DNA from: Candidatus Omnitrophota bacterium
Lineage (GTDB): Bacteria > Omnitrophota > Gorgyraeia > Duberdicusellales > 4484-171
Reading direction: 5' to 3'
DNA: 64,000 bases
Assembly: GCA_016935525.1 (NCBI GenBank)
Contig: JAFGQU010000002.1
Coordinates: 98,560-162,559 of the forward strand
The notes under the pieces are model-generated. The model saw only the letters and a program-made list of their open reading frames with translations, made no database searches and was not told where the DNA came from. Position numbers and translations under genes: made by a program. Below, piece by piece: positions 18,760 to 27,974 of this stretch (position 1 is the first letter of the stretch; every line of letters begins with the position of its first letter).

Positions 18760-20280
18760 TTAACCGGGATGCCCCGCTTCTTTAGGACGAGTGGCGGTCT
18801 CTTTATAATGGTTCGTCCATTTTCCGATCGTATTACGGACTTTAAGTGACCATAATTTAACATAGTCGTTCATTAAAAAATAACCTCCATACACCATATC
18901 GGCAAGAGAGAAAGTCCTCCGCCACAATGTCCGCACGATAAACCAGGGCCGCAGATAAAAAGAAGCCATTGCTTTCCGCTGCAGAGCGCTCAATTCCGGT
19001 TTGGTCATCTTTTCGGGGCTATAGAGGATCTCTCCTTCGGTATCCGACCAATCATACCAGCTGGTATATCTATCGGGATCGTCTTCCCCTTTGGCCGGTT
19101 CCCATTGGTCTTCATAAAATTTCGACCCCGGGAAGGGAGTCGCGATATTGAATTTAACGATGTCCGGATTTACCTTTTTCGCGAATCGGATCGTTTCTTC
19201 GCAGGTAGAGGCATCTTCTTGCGGCAACCCCAATACAAATAATCCTAAAGAAAGGACTCCGGCTTTCCTGGTATATTCCATCGCCTGATACCCTTGCTCA
19301 AGGGTGGCGCATTTATTTACCGAATCAAGGATCCTCTGATTTCCCACCTCAAATCCATACATGATCAAATACAGGTTAGCTTCTTTCATCCTGCGCAGCA
19401 AATCGAGATTTACCTTATCTACTCTAGTCTCAGTAAACCAGCGTATCTTTTTATGCAGTTTGCGTTTTATAAACTCATCACAAAATGCTAAGCCGGATTC
19501 TATCGAAACCGGAAAATAGGCGTCGGTAAAACCGACATACTCTATTCCGAACCGCTCATAAAGATATTCTATCTCATCGATAACTTTATAGATATTCCGG
19601 CAGCGGAACGTATCGTACATCTTATCCTGGGAACAGAAAGTACAACGATAAGGACATCCCCGGGAAGCTTGTATCGGCAAAACAAGTTTATTATAAATAC
19701 CCAGCATAGGATATCTCCGATAGTACCGAAGCTGACACAGATCCCAGGCCGGAACAGGAAGCTGATCCAGATCCGCGATGCATCCCCGTCCTTTATTATG
19801 ATATACTCCCCCGGCGTACCGATAACTGATCCCCTCGATTTCATTCAACATCCGGTCATCCCGTAACGCGGTGAGCGCCTCCAGAAAACTCTCTTCGCCT
19901 TCGCCGCGGACAACAATATCCGCGACATCATCTTTCAGGAGTTCATCGGCAAAAAGGGTCGGATGGATATTACCCAGTATGCAGGTACATGATCTTTTCG
20001 CCGACCGGATCTGGCTTACTAAAGATATCACGTTGCCCATGACCGCGGTCAAACAGGAAATACCGACGACATCAAAATCCTCATCCACGATCATTCTGGC
20101 GATATCCTGGTTGCTTCGGCGGGTAGCATACTGATCTTCGATGGAAACCTCAAATCCCCCGTCCCGAGCGATAGCGGCCAAATAGGCTAGTCCTAACGGT
20201 GGCAGAGGGCTTACCGAACGATAATACCGCGCACTTTTTTGGGCTACATGCGATATGGGGTTAATTATTAAGATTTTCAT
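18760..20280 (-). CDS. B12-binding radical SAM protein
   Basis: 'DVVGISCLTAVMGNV' B12 domain. 'SRGCPYRCTFCS' CxxxCxxC. Confidence 0.7.
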   Translation of the reverse strand: MKILIINPISHVAQKSARYYRSVSPLPPLGLAYLAAIARDGGFEVSIEDQYATRRSNQDIARMIVDEDFDVVGISCLTAVMGNVISLVSQIRSAKRSCTCILGNIHPTLFADELLKDDVADIVVRGEGEESFLEALTALRDDRMLNEIEGISYRYAGGVYHNKGRGCIADLDQLPVPAWDLCQLRYYRRYPMLGIYNKLVLPIQASRGCPYRCTFCSQDKMYDTFRCRNIYKVIDEIEYLYERFGIEYVGFTDAYFPVSIESGLAFCDEFIKRKLHKKIRWFTETRVDKVNLDLLRRMKEANLYLIMYGFEVGNQRILDSVNKCATLEQGYQAMEYTRKAGVLSLGLFVLGLPQEDASTCEETIRFAKKVNPDIVKFNIATPFPGSKFYEDQWEPAKGEDDPDRYTSWYDWSDTEGEILYSPEKMTKPELSALQRKAMASFYLRPWFIVRTLWRRTFSLADMVYGGYFLMNDYVKLWSLKVRNTIGKWTNHYKETATRPKEAGHPG

Positions 20281-20300
20281 CGTTATGTTCCGAAAGTGAA

Positions 20301-20435
20301 TCTCCTCGGACTAAAAGTCCGAGGCTTCTTCACGTCCCGCCAGACTTCGTTCGGCGGGACATCCGCCTCAGGCGGATAATTTCTCTCATTCATCCCCGAT
20401 CTGAAGCCCGGGGACTTCTGCGTAGAAATTAAAAA
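20301..20435. repeat. ~135 nt four-hairpin intergenic repeat, copy 1 (REP-like or structured RNA element)
   Basis: Near-identical to 22993..23127. Hairpins CCTCGGAC-taaaa-GTCCGAGG, GTCCCGCC-(11 nt)-GGCGGGAC, CCGCCT-c-AGGCGG and CCCCG..CGGGG, with the shared tail TTCTGCGTAGAAATTAAAAA. Confidence 0.7.
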
Positions 20436-20542
20436 GCAGGTCGGGATTACCCGTTCGACAACAACACACGGTGTTTATTATAAATCCATATCCTCACCTG
20501 TCAAATACCTCAAACAATCGGATTGGTTCGTGCTTGCATGCC

Positions 20543-22105
20543 TTATTGCCGGTTTTTACGAGAGGCATATATCTTAATCATCGGATGGTACTGGGTGTTT
20601 ATAAAGGAACGGTGGACCGTAGGGATCCGGGGGATAAATTCCTTTATCAATAAAAAACGTTGATCGATATAATCATAAAAACCTTTTACATATCCCTGGG
20701 GATATCTCTCTTTCAAAATAATAAAATCAAATTCGTTATTCCTAAACAAATTCTCATATTGCCTCAGTTGTTCTTCTCCAATAACCTGGACATCATAAGG
20801 ATCTTCCCGACGAAAAACAAAAGACATTCCTCCGCCGTAGCTGTCGCTAAGAATACGGGCGCCATGGGGGACCTCGCGAGAAGCCCACTGCCTCACCATG
20901 ATCCGCGTATCTTTTTGATTCATCCAACGGACATAATATCCGGCCCAAAAAATACTATTGCCCAGAAAAACCGCGCAGGCCAATAAAAGGATCCAATTGA
21001 CACCTCTGTTGAGAAGAAATTTTTTCTTAAAAAAGCACATAACATCCATTAAGAACCACCCGGCAAACAACACCATCCACGGCAACAAAGGGAGCATATA
21101 TCGGGCGCGGTTCAGCATGAAAAATCCCATAATAAAATAATAAGCAAAAGGGAAAGAGAGCATAAAAATGTCTTTTTTTGAGTGACGCCAGACAGCTGCC
21201 GCCATACCGCCTATCGCGCATATGAAAACCGGGAATGTCAATATATCGATGAGTATCCCCGGATAATTCCACCACCCCCGTCGCAGGGGCACCAGATACG
21301 AAGGAAATCCCTGCAGGCCGGCATTCAACTGAAAGAACACATCATTTAAAAAACTTCTGATATCAAAAAACAGAGAAAAATTGCAAAGGAAAAAAATCCC
21401 GGCGGCGATACTACCTGAAAGCAAAAAGTATTTGCTGCTGGAAAATTTGTTTTTCGCCTTTAATAGACCCGCCGCATAAAGGGAAATACTCCCTATAAAA
21501 GCATGGTATTTTGCCGCTATTGCCAACCCCAGCCATAACCCGCTCAATACATAAGCCTTCCGCATCGGACTTTCTCCCAAAAAAATATCGCACATATAAT
21601 AAAAAGCGATAAGTAACAATACTACCATTACCATATCCGCTTTCATCTCGCAGGAATACATCACATGGAACGGGTTGACCGACAAAAACGCTGCGGCAAT
21701 CAATCCTACCTGTGGTGTAAATAATTTCTTTCCGATTCTATACACCATACCTATCTGAAAAATCGAACATACGGCTATCCATGCTCTTCCGCTTAAAATA
21801 ATGATGCTTTCCAGATCCCACGAGAACCATTGCGTAAGAAGCGGGAGCACGGTGATCTTAAGTACGCAAAATGTCCCCCATAACAGGTAGTAAAAAAGAT
21901 GGGGTATAATAAAATTGTGAGGGTTAAGATCGTTGAGATTCAATTCGAGAACGATTCCGGCAATAATGTTTTCATCGATTGCCGGCAACGCCGGGAGATG
22001 ATGCAGAAGGCATTGTATTCGTATCAGAGCGCCGATGAAAACGATCAGGGAGAGTATGTATCGCGGCCAGATTTCTGATAGAACGGTTATTTTCGGTTTA
22101 CACAC
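20543..22105 (-). CDS. GT-C fold membrane glycosyltransferase, ArnT/PMT_2-like
   Basis: Polytopic. 'GRAWIAVCSIFQIGMVYRIGKKLF...FLSVNPFHVMYS' fits the PMT_2 pattern. 'AIDEN' candidate DE loop. Confidence 0.5.
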   Translation of the reverse strand: MCKPKITVLSEIWPRYILSLIVFIGALIRIQCLLHHLPALPAIDENIIAGIVLELNLNDLNPHNFIIPHLFYYLLWGTFCVLKITVLPLLTQWFSWDLESIIILSGRAWIAVCSIFQIGMVYRIGKKLFTPQVGLIAAAFLSVNPFHVMYSCEMKADMVMVVLLLIAFYYMCDIFLGESPMRKAYVLSGLWLGLAIAAKYHAFIGSISLYAAGLLKAKNKFSSSKYFLLSGSIAAGIFFLCNFSLFFDIRSFLNDVFFQLNAGLQGFPSYLVPLRRGWWNYPGILIDILTFPVFICAIGGMAAAVWRHSKKDIFMLSFPFAYYFIMGFFMLNRARYMLPLLPWMVLFAGWFLMDVMCFFKKKFLLNRGVNWILLLACAVFLGNSIFWAGYYVRWMNQKDTRIMVRQWASREVPHGARILSDSYGGGMSFVFRREDPYDVQVIGEEQLRQYENLFRNNEFDFIILKERYPQGYVKGFYDYIDQRFLLIKEFIPRIPTVHRSFINTQYHPMIKIYASRKNRQ

Positions 22106-22850
22106 GTTTTTTTGATTTTAATCTGCCGGGGATAAAACGCGGGACACGAGACATATAATCGGCGTACGCCTGCGGGTATTCACCCAATAATTCTTTCTCT
22201 TCCTGTAACGCCAGCCGCCAGTAAGTAAACAATAGTATCGGCAATAACAATAACGTAGGGAACGTCGGCCAGGAAATACACCATCCCACGAGGATAAGGG
22301 AAATCCCTACATACTGGGGGTGGCGGATGAAACGATAGATACCGTCGGTAACCAGCCCTTCGCCCTTGTATATTTTACGCCAGGCCGCGATGATTAAAAA
22401 AATGCCGAATGCCACCGGAATCCTCCCCAATAAAAGGACCCAGCGGATAATCAGTTCCTGGTGGACAATGAACCGTCGGAAATCGGGGTATTGAAAAAAC
22501 GGGGAAAACATATACATCCCGAGCGCAAACCCGAACATCTCGGTAAATAAAGAGATCCAGAATGCCGTCAACATGCCTTTTGATTTCCAGCTTCTTATAC
22601 GGGTATGTTCCGGCCTCTTACGATAGAGCAAAAAAGGGAACAATAGACAAAAAATAAATACATTGAGGAAAAACATCCCTTTGGGACCGATATATTTTAA
22701 TAAAAAAGCGCTGGTGGGAGGAGGGGCCTTTAATCCCCATAACCCGAGGGCACTTCCACTGTATAAATAGAGAAACCCTGCCACATGGATGATACCGCAT
22801 AGTATCAATATCTTTTCATACAGCCGGCTTTTTACCTTCTCTTTACGCAT
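22098..22850 (-). CDS. isoprenylcysteine carboxyl methyltransferase (ICMT)/phospholipid methyltransferase family membrane protein
   Basis: 'RHPQYVGISLILVGWCI' followed by 'EEKELLGEYPQAYADYMSRVPRFIP' matches the ICMT/PEMT signature. Confidence 0.7.
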   Translation of the reverse strand: MRKEKVKSRLYEKILILCGIIHVAGFLYLYSGSALGLWGLKAPPPTSAFLLKYIGPKGMFFLNVFIFCLLFPFLLYRKRPEHTRIRSWKSKGMLTAFWISLFTEMFGFALGMYMFSPFFQYPDFRRFIVHQELIIRWVLLLGRIPVAFGIFLIIAAWRKIYKGEGLVTDGIYRFIRHPQYVGISLILVGWCISWPTFPTLLLLPILLFTYWRLALQEEKELLGEYPQAYADYMSRVPRFIPGRLKSKKRV

Positions 22851-22992
22851 TGTATTTTCTTGATAAGGAATACAAAATAACTCGTCATTATTCTATAAAA
22901 AACCTCATATACCGATTTATTTTAGCAAAAGGAAGTGCCAAAAACAATCTTTGCTCTCTGGCCAAAAGCAGTTACTCCTCACTTTAGTGAAT

Positions 22993-23127
22993 CGCCTCGG
23001 ACTAAAAGTCCGAGGCTTCTTCACGTCCCGCCGAACGAAGTTTGGCGGGACATCCGCCTGAGGCGGATAATTTCTCGCATTCATCCCCGGTCTAAAGCCC
23101 GGGGATTTCTGCGTAGAAATTAAAAAT
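22993..23127. repeat. ~135 nt four-hairpin intergenic repeat, copy 2
   Basis: Same order of the four hairpins and the same tail as copy 1. The loops of hairpins 2 and 3 are reverse-complemented relative to copy 1. Confidence 0.7.
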
Positions 23128-24301
23128 ACCGGTAAAGTTTTCCGGAAATCATTTCGTCCACACAACGTCTGTATTTCATTTTCAAATCGGCAAGACGTTC
23201 ATCATCAATTTCTCCGACTTTCGCCATAACCTCGAAACAATATCCGCAGTCCTCACACACCTGCTTGCTGCATTGTTTTTCGATGATGCCGGCAAGAAAA
23301 CCGTCGAGTTTTTTGTTCTCAATATACACCGGATTCCCGATGAGCCCTTTAAATTTTTTCAGCTTAAAGATATTTACCGATCCCGGCCGTAAAAAATATT
23401 TCAATGTACGAAATACATTCATTTTTTTGAAAAGAATGCTTTTTGACGGGTCGGGAAATAAATCCAACAAATTGCCGTCGTAAGTCCTCTTCACATACGC
23501 ATCCACAATGGATAGGATTGTAGAGGTAGTCATCCCCCTATCGATAATCTTGAACCAATCGATCCCGATTGTTTCGTAATACCCGGTATCTTCCGGACGG
23601 ATCCACGTGCTACGGATAAAATTGACCGGTTCGGCAAGCTGCTGATAACGGCACCTGATCCGGCAATAATCAATGACAAACCCCCGTGATACATGTCCAC
23701 TTTGAGAAGCATGGGAAGCTATATTCGCATGGTAGATATAGAAAGGGCAATTATGTAAACAGTTTACGTTTACAATAAGCTTCAACTCACAACGGACATC
23801 TTTACGGATCTGCTTAAGAGTCGAAAAATCTCTATTCAAATCGACATTAAAAAGAGTAATACGCCCAGCTCCCAGATCCTGCCAGTATTTCGCCCGGCGG
23901 GCGGTATTCACATAGGCTAAATCCGAAACGCATATGTTCAAGTGAGGGTATCTCTTTTTTATCAATTCTAAAAGATAGGGAGTTGCCACTGTCACCGAGT
24001 CGACTTTGATCCCGACCAACCAGTCAAGAAGACGGGTAATCCGTTTTTGCCCCCGACGGGTCCACTCCGCATTATCCAGACACGTGCTATTTAAAAGATA
24101 GTTAAACTCGATCCCGCAGCCGTGGGCCTGGGTGACGGCGTGAGCCAATCTTTTCTTTGATATGAAAGGCAACTGAAACGAATGTTTTCCTCCGCCGATA
24201 TCATCGGCAGGAAGTTTTCCATAAAGCTCTTTTACCTCAGAGAACTCCGCCACCGAAGCGATCAGGCTACAATCCCCATTAAAAGGAACCGTGAGTTTCA
24301 T
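23120..24301 (-). CDS. U32-family-like protein, divergent paralog
   Basis: 'FNYLLNSTCLDNAEW', 'GVDSVTVATPYLLELIKKRYP' and 'ELKLIVNVNCLHNCPF' parallel 3465..4694 and the canonical U32 gene. Start trimmed to MKLTVPFNGD; the track ORF starts with TTG at 24478. Confidence 0.5.
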   Translation of the reverse strand: MKLTVPFNGDCSLIASVAEFSEVKELYGKLPADDIGGGKHSFQLPFISKKRLAHAVTQAHGCGIEFNYLLNSTCLDNAEWTRRGQKRITRLLDWLVGIKVDSVTVATPYLLELIKKRYPHLNICVSDLAYVNTARRAKYWQDLGAGRITLFNVDLNRDFSTLKQIRKDVRCELKLIVNVNCLHNCPFYIYHANIASHASQSGHVSRGFVIDYCRIRCRYQQLAEPVNFIRSTWIRPEDTGYYETIGIDWFKIIDRGMTTSTILSIVDAYVKRTYDGNLLDLFPDPSKSILFKKMNVFRTLKYFLRPGSVNIFKLKKFKGLIGNPVYIENKKLDGFLAGIIEKQCSKQVCEDCGYCFEVMAKVGEIDDERLADLKMKYRRCVDEMISGKLYRYF

Positions 24302-25500
24302 CTTTTCTCTTTCCTGTAGGAGAACATATCCCCCGAGACAATACTTTGGAGATATCGAGCATAGCAGTCTAACATTTTTTTTCTCTGGGCCTGGTCTATA
24401 CGAAGCGCGCGCGCGATAAAATTTTGGCAGTCCGGACAATGTTCCCCGCTTAGCCCCTGAGGATGAACCATCAGCCAATGCGCTAAAAAGCCGTCTAATG
24501 ATGCATTGTCAACGGAAATACCGGAAGCATCCCGTAGCGACTGCATCGTGGCGAATTTAAATATATTCACCGCCTGAGGACGGAAAAAGTAACGGAATGT
24601 CTGCAAAAAAGGTGTTTTTCCTCGAGAAATTTTACCCTCAGAAGTACGTTCCTGAAAAAGGGCCAAGAGATTCCCTTCATACTGTCTTTGGGAATAACTT
24701 ACGAGCATTTTCTCTACATGGGACGTACTTAACGGACGATTGGCGAATTTAATGCTGTCGATCCCTATTTCTTCATAGTAACCCACATCTTCCGGCCGGA
24801 TCCAGGCCGAATAGATGAATTCACCGGGATCGCATAATTTTATATAGTTACAGCGCAAGAAACAATAATCGATCAGGAATCCTCCCGAAGGATGACCGGA
24901 TTGAGAGGCGTGAGCATGCGACACGGCATGGTATTGCCAGAAGGGGCATTCGGAAAGACAGGTAAGATTGGCGATAAGCTGGATTTCGCAGCGCAGCTGT
25001 TTTTTCAAAAGCCGTAAGAGAGGAAAATTGCGGATAACACTCGATGTCGTCGCCAAAGTTATTTTATCGGCACCTAACGATTCCCAATAACGGGCCCGCA
25101 CAAGAGAATCTACGCCGGCCATGGTCGATACCGACACCGTAAGCGTCGGATAATTATGTTTGATAAGTTCCAACAAATAAGGGATCGATACGGTTACCGA
25201 TTCGACGCCGCTATCAATAAGCCATTGCAGAAAATGCCGGATCTTCCGCTGGCCGGCGCGGGTGAATTCACGATTATCCAGACACACCGCATTGAGCAGA
25301 TAGTTAAACCGATATCCTTTATCCCGTACTTCTTTTACATGGCGTTTGAATCGGCCGCGCGAGATGTGCGGTAACATAAAAGACGGTCTCCCTCCGCCGA
25401 CCGGGTCATAGGCTAAAGCTCCGTACAATTCCTCTACGGTATCGTGAGGGATCGCGTCTAAAAGAGCGTTCTCCCAATTCGTAGGAATAACAAATTTCAT
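24298..25500 (-). CDS. U32-family-like protein, divergent paralog
   Basis: 'FNYLLNAVCLDNREF', 'GVESVTVSIPYLLELIKHNYP' and 'EIQLIANLTCLSECPF'. Start set to MKFVIPTNW, adjacent to the upstream stop. Confidence 0.5.
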   Translation of the reverse strand: MKFVIPTNWENALLDAIPHDTVEELYGALAYDPVGGGRPSFMLPHISRGRFKRHVKEVRDKGYRFNYLLNAVCLDNREFTRAGQRKIRHFLQWLIDSGVESVTVSIPYLLELIKHNYPTLTVSVSTMAGVDSLVRARYWESLGADKITLATTSSVIRNFPLLRLLKKQLRCEIQLIANLTCLSECPFWQYHAVSHAHASQSGHPSGGFLIDYCFLRCNYIKLCDPGEFIYSAWIRPEDVGYYEEIGIDSIKFANRPLSTSHVEKMLVSYSQRQYEGNLLALFQERTSEGKISRGKTPFLQTFRYFFRPQAVNIFKFATMQSLRDASGISVDNASLDGFLAHWLMVHPQGLSGEHCPDCQNFIARALRIDQAQRKKMLDCYARYLQSIVSGDMFSYRKEKR

Positions 25501-25504
25501 GTGT

Positions 25505-26920
25505 TTATCTTCTTTTCGGGTACAATTTAGAATAGCTTTTAGGGGAATAATATCGATCAGAGATCTTAAGGATAATCGGCAGCGTATCAACGAGATGACC
25601 CCGGTCGTCCAATAACACTTTATCTGGGGGAACGACTGTTTCCAGAAATTCTTTAAGTACTTTCTCCCGGTTGTTACTCGCTTTCAACAGAGGACCGCGG
25701 AATATCTTAAGAACCGGAGATGAGATTAACACTAAAATTATCCCTATAAATATAATAGATGTTGCCGGGCGTAACGGAAAATAACTCTTCATGCGCCCGA
25801 GAAAGGAAGCTCCGATAAAAGCGATAAAAGGAAGCATATAAAGGGTATAGTAAGGCATCAGTATCCGCATACCGCATAAACAAATATAGATACAGAGAAC
25901 GTATCCCGTCACTACTATCATTTTTCGGTCTTTTCTCCACACGCTATATACCGCCCCGGCTACGAACGGGATAAGAAAACTCAAACCGACACTTTCATAG
26001 AGGATACGCACATACCCCGACCACGAAGGAGAATCCGGAAAAGACCAAGGCAACTCGGTAGTTAACGTTACCGAATAATGTTTAAAAGCAAATAGAATTG
26101 CATCCAGATTTTTAAAAAATAACGGATAACCGGCAAAAAAGCCAAGCGCTATGAAAACGATGCCCGCGAATAATGGCTTGAGCGATGTTTTCTTAAAAGC
26201 CTCAGAAACAGTAGTAAACCTTAGTACATGGGCCAAAAGGAAAGGCGCAACCGTTACAAAAGAACTTGGTTTGATCGCGCCTCCCAATCCGATAAGGAAT
26301 CCCGTGAGCAGATAATATTTCCTTTTCCCTTCGAACATACGCAACAGAAAAAGAAAAGCCAGTGTCACAAAAAAAACCAGAGGGATCCTATAGGCAATAA
26401 ACCGTGATTCCCGCACATGCAGATACATCACTGATAAAAATAAAGCGCTCAACAATCCCGTATTTTCATCCTCATTCTGTTTCCCGATAAGATATGCCAC
26501 ATATACAGTAGCTATCCCGAACAACGCGTTGACCATTCTTCCGGTAAAAAGGAACATCCATACATCGGTGAGCCGTCTGGAATCAAAATCAACTACTGAC
26601 TTAAAAAAACCGAACATATACCCCAACGCATAGAGGAACCACTCTGCGATAAAGTGAATTAAATTATGAAAAGGCCACTTATCTAATATAAGCGTACATT
26701 GCGGCGGTAAATAGTTCAATCGCCGTGACCAGACCCAGCCAAGCTCACTGAATAAATTCGGGGATTGTGAATAAAGATTAACTAACCGCAGGAATGCCGC
26801 TATAAGAAGAATCGCCAACAGCAGCAATTTCTTCGTAGAAATCTTCTTTTTCCATCTTTCCCAGACAGGCCGGGCACACTCACACATAGGTAACCTTTTC
26901 ATACATTTTCGGGATCGCAT
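25505..26920 (-). CDS. GT-C fold membrane glycosyltransferase, ArnT/PMT_2-like
   Basis: Polytopic. 'GRMVNALFGIATVYVAYLIGKQ...LSALFLSVMYLHVRESRF' fits the PMT_2 pattern. Confidence 0.45.
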   Translation of the reverse strand: MRSRKCMKRLPMCECARPVWERWKKKISTKKLLLLAILLIAAFLRLVNLYSQSPNLFSELGWVWSRRLNYLPPQCTLILDKWPFHNLIHFIAEWFLYALGYMFGFFKSVVDFDSRRLTDVWMFLFTGRMVNALFGIATVYVAYLIGKQNEDENTGLLSALFLSVMYLHVRESRFIAYRIPLVFFVTLAFLFLLRMFEGKRKYYLLTGFLIGLGGAIKPSSFVTVAPFLLAHVLRFTTVSEAFKKTSLKPLFAGIVFIALGFFAGYPLFFKNLDAILFAFKHYSVTLTTELPWSFPDSPSWSGYVRILYESVGLSFLIPFVAGAVYSVWRKDRKMIVVTGYVLCIYICLCGMRILMPYYTLYMLPFIAFIGASFLGRMKSYFPLRPATSIIFIGIILVLISSPVLKIFRGPLLKASNNREKVLKEFLETVVPPDKVLLDDRGHLVDTLPIILKISDRYYSPKSYSKLYPKRR

Positions 26921-27974
26921 CGATCTTGGCCATCACCGGTTCATAGTCAAGGCCTACTTTTTGTAAATAAGCCCGGATCTCATCGTACCTCGGTCGGTTT
27001 TCTTCCCTCACGATCCTCAAGGCATCATCCCGGGTAAGCATGCCTTCACGTATCTGGTTACTGCGGAACACATCGTTTTCGGTAAACCCGGCTACGGTAC
27101 AATAGATATAATTATAAAAAGGAGAAGTCCCATCATCGGTCCTCCACGTAAGGATTGTATCATTTTCTGTTTTCCAATTATACTCTTCTTTCAACGTGCG
27201 GACAATTGTCTCTTCATCCCATTTCAGATAATGCCAAAGGTATATAAAATTAAAACGGATCATATAGGTGCTCCAATAAGCAAATAACGTTTCCCATAGC
27301 GACCTATTGAAATACACCGGATTAAGCAGATGTTGCCATCCGGCAGATAAAGCGAGCTTTATTCTCCCCCCCAGAGCTAAATCATGCATAACTCCGTGCG
27401 GCTCACTGTGTTTTACTCCTAAAAATCCAAACTTATACTCGGATGTTTCCAGTTCATTGCCCCGGCAAAGGAAAATCAATTTAATACCGCGGGCTCGGGC
27501 GACTTTAGTCACATAATATTCTACCGGTTTATCTCCGGCCATAAAAAGCGGCACCATTCCCAAATGAGGCCGGTTAAGCCAGGCGGTGATATACTGTTTT
27601 ATGTACCTCCTTTTTCTCGGGATATCTCCTGAAATAATTACATGTTCTATTCCCAATGTGCCTACCATACGAGCCTGGTTTCTTCGTCCCACATCCGCGA
27701 CCATTCCCCAATCATAGGTAAAGGCGATCGGATTCATCTTCAGGATACGCTTTACATAATGAAGACCATATGAACTGTCGCGGCCTCCGCTAAAGGCTAC
27801 CACACAATCGGGCTCACCGGATTTACTGCGATATCGCTCTGTGAGCTCTTTGAGTGTTTCTTCTCCTTTCACCTGGATCTTCTTATACTCACCACAATAA
27901 TTGCACACCCCGCTTCCATTGAATCGGATAAAAGGCATCGTGTCCGGAAGAATGCATTGTACACACCGTCTCAT
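26880..27974 (-). CDS. N-acetyl sugar amidotransferase (WbuX/WbpG-like PP-loop ATP pyrophosphatase)
   Basis: N-terminal zinc ribbon 'CVQCILPDT...FNGSGVCNYC' followed by the PP-loop 'VAFSGGRDSS'. Architecture of the TIGR03573-type LPS sugar amidotransferases. Confidence 0.6.
   Translation of the reverse strand: MRRCVQCILPDTMPFIRFNGSGVCNYCGEYKKIQVKGEETLKELTERYRSKSGEPDCVVAFSGGRDSSYGLHYVKRILKMNPIAFTYDWGMVADVGRRNQARMVGTLGIEHVIISGDIPRKRRYIKQYITAWLNRPHLGMVPLFMAGDKPVEYYVTKVARARGIKLIFLCRGNELETSEYKFGFLGVKHSEPHGVMHDLALGGRIKLALSAGWQHLLNPVYFNRSLWETLFAYWSTYMIRFNFIYLWHYLKWDEETIVRTLKEEYNWKTENDTILTWRTDDGTSPFYNYIYCTVAGFTENDVFRSNQIREGMLTRDDALRIVREENRPRYDEIRAYLQKVGLDYEPVMAKIDAIPKMYEKVTYV

Noticed and set aside
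20301-23127. Possible CRISPR array suggested by two near-identical direct repeats
   Set aside because: There are only two copies, each about 135 nt and 2.6 kb apart, with genes in between. They have a multi-hairpin internal structure and no cas genes, so they are not CRISPR repeats.
24302-24478. Upstream TTG-initiated extension of the U32-like gene 23120..24478
   Set aside because: The extension overlaps the preceding paralog by 180 nt. The paralog alignment (MKLTVPFNGD vs MKFVIPTNWEN vs MQLSIPTNWDL) points to the internal Met as the true start.
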